Shown here piece after piece: positions 61,918 to 64,000 of a stretch of 64,000 nt of DNA. Numbering within the stretch: position 1 is the first letter of the stretch; each line of letters begins with the position of its first letter. The position numbers were made by a program, and so were the translations under genes. This DNA comes from a virus (Duplodnaviria > Caudoviricetes), in the IMG/VR virus record IMGVR_UViG_3300021255_002539, positions 32,001 through 96,000 of that record; one strand, written 5' to 3'. The notes beneath the pieces are model-generated. The model ran no database searches and had not been told where the DNA came from. It saw nothing but the letters and a program-made list of their open reading frames with translations.

Positions 61918-63846
61918 TCAAGCAGATTGTTGTTCTGCTTCTTCCTAGTCCCGTACTATCTTGGAGATGTTGTCCTGCTTCTGAACAACCATCATCTGGG
62001 TCTCTGGCATGTCCTTGAACATGGTCTCGACCTCGCCACGGTGCGAGATGATGGAGATGTTGGTGTTCTCCCTCTGAGACAACTGAAGCAATATGCCCAG
62101 CAACTTCTGAATCGACACACTGTCCAACGCCCTGTCCACAACCTCGTCTATGATCATTATGTTCATGCAGACATTGAACCTCGACATCAAGAACCTCCGA
62201 AACGCCAACTGGGAGGATATTATCAACTTCATCTGCTCGCCCAACGAGAGGTTGGGGAAATCCAGTTCGCCACCACTGGACTGAATCTCGTAGTCGTTCA
62301 TGTCACTGGTGAGGTTGCAGGTGAAGCTCACGCACAACTCAGAGAGGTTGGCGTTAATCATGGCGTTTATCGAGGACACCACTCGGGAGATTATGTTGCG
62401 CTTGATTGCGTCTGGCGAGACTATCTCTGAGCCAACCTTCATCAGGCACATCCTCAATGCCTCGGTCTTCAGGTCGTTCTCAACCTCGGTGATCTGCTCC
62501 AATGTGCTCTGGTACACATTCCAGGACGGTATCTTGCTCTCGTCCTCTATGGAGTCCACCAATTCTGATATCTTGCGTTCAAGCGACTGTATGGAGCTGG
62601 CAATCTGGTTCTTCTGGAACAAAAGGCTTCTCTCCTGAACCTGAATGTCTGACAACTCGCCCATCTTCCCAGTCTCCTCTGCCTTGAGCTTGTCGTCGTA
62701 GACCTTCACCTTCTCGATTTGTCTGTTGGCGTTGTCAATCCTGGCTTGCTCGTTGGATATGTTCGCATTCAGCTTGTCTATCTCGTTCCTGTACACATCA
62801 AGGGAGTAGAACTTGTTGACGACCTTCTGGCAGTCGTCGCAAATCATGCCCAGAACCTCCTTGTGCTTGTTCAACTCCCGCTCGTGGTGGGATATCGTGG
62901 TCTGGGAGTTCGTGATGGATATTCTGGAATCTGTAATGGCGTCTCCACACCTCTTCATCGCGTCCTCCAACTTCGCCTTGCTTTCGCGGATGGTCTTCAA
63001 TGCGGCATCCACGACCTCCTTCTGCCTCTCCAACTCAGTGAACTTGGGTTCCAAATCCCCCAACTGGGACTCCTGCGACTCCTTCTCCTTCTTCGTCTCC
63101 TCTATCTGACCGTTGACGCCAGCCTTGTACTTCGCAATCTCCCCCTCACACATCTCCTTCGTCTTCTCCAACTTGACCTGGTTCACCTTGAGGTTCTGAA
63201 TCAGCATGTTCTTCGCCTTCATGTCCTCGCCCATCATCTTGTACATCTTGGTGTAGACAGAGGTGTCGAACAGGGTCTCCACGAATTCCCTCTTCTGGGA
63301 TGCGTTCAGCTTGAAGAAGTTGTACTTGTCGTCGACAGAGAGCATCACCATGCGCTGATACATCTCGAAGTTCATGAACAGAACATTCTCCTCTATGAAC
63401 TTCTGCGTATTTGCGGATGTTGACTTGGATATGTCGGTCCACTCCCCAGACTCGTCGTCCAGGGCAAACAACTGCAGGACAATGGAGGCCGAACCCTTCT
63501 GAAGACCACGCACTATCTTCCAATGCCTGGTGGACGAACTCGACACAATGGCGTCAACCTCCACAGACACGCACATCTTCCACCCATTCCTCACAGAATC
63601 CAGATACTTGTTCTTGAGGTTCGCTGTGTGGATCTTTCCACTCAACTGCCCAAACAGCGCGAACATGAGGGCATGCGACCAGGCTGACTTGCCAGAGCCA
63701 TTGGATGTGTTGCCCAATGTGGACTCAGTGTCTTTATTGACGCCCTTTATCAGAACCAGCCTGTTCGTGTTGTCGAAATCCCATTCCTCGTCCTGAAACG
63801 ACAGGAAGTTGTGTATGTCTATCTTCTTTACCTTGACTTTGGTCAT
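61918..63846 (-). CDS. Recombination endonuclease ATPase subunit, T4 gp46/SbcC-like
   Basis: NFLSF, SNGSGKS Walker A, coiled coil with CDDC hook, LSLGE signature, IIDEVVD, IISH. Ends at 61945 if TAG is a stop, 61918 if read as Gln. Confidence 0.9.
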
Positions 63847-63868
63847 ATTATGGTATTCCTCTTTGTTC

Positions 63869-63901
63869 AATTATACCATTTCGCGCATATAATTGTAAAT
63901 A
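63869..63901. promoter_or_regulatory. Divergent early(-)/late(+) promoter pair sharing one element
   Basis: Minus strand TTTACA-18-TATAAT; plus strand TTGTAAATA. Confidence 0.68.
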
Positions 63902-63934
63902 GACTATGACAATACCCAATAGAGGAAAGCAACT

Positions 63935-64000
63935 ATGAAATGGAAGAGGATAGACGAGAGTTCCGACTACAACGGACCAGTAAAGATAAAGAACCTGCGC
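63935..64000 (+). CDS. Start of late gene (partial)
   Basis: SD GAGGA; MKWKRIDESS...; open to window end. Confidence 0.55.
   Translation, partial: MKWKRIDESSDYNGPVKIKNLR

Noticed and set aside
61918-61947. gp46 TAG as evidence for or against recoding
   Set aside because: Read-through adds only 9 residues after the conserved domain, so it is uninformative. The same applies to TAG 49357.
1-64000. Suppressor tRNA-CUA, other tRNAs or release factor genes
   Set aside because: No cloverleaf or matching ORF was recognised by eye in the short intergenic gaps. They may lie elsewhere in the genome, and tRNAscan-SE/ARAGORN is needed.

Overview
This window is a 64 kb segment of a large T4-like (myovirus-type) phage genome. 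It encodes a gp55-like late sigma factor, gp19-like tail tube, gp25-like wedge, gp48/gp54-like tube-fold proteins, gp46-like ATPase, RNase H and Dda-like helicase. The main feature is amber recoding. About 56 in-frame TAG codons split late/structural and glycan-synthesis genes, which rejoin exactly in frame and end at TAA or TGA when TAG is read as Gln (genetic code 15), so the supplied ORF track fragments many genes. Early-type gene blocks have no internal TAG, and two of their genes appear to use TAG as a real stop, which suggests a code switch during infection. The gp55-like late sigma factor carries two TAGs ahead of its conserved N-terminal motif, which could make late transcription depend on that switch. 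Two promoter classes are visible: early TT(T/G)AC(A/T/C)-17/18-TATAAT and late (G/T)GTAAATA. Seven strand-switch points carry back-to-back promoter pairs of fixed 32-33 nt span, and in four of them the late motif is also the -35 box of the opposite early promoter. Many late genes look leaderless. Accessory content includes a TAG-dense glycan cluster that is AT-rich over most of its length (GT2, GT32, TagF-like, Stealth, UDP-Glc dehydrogenase, SGNH hydrolase), a thioredoxin/FTR-like fusion, a metacaspase, an N6-adenine methyltransferase and a tandem paralog array. No tRNA or CRISPR array was seen. All calls come from manual translation and motif recognition, and no database search was run.
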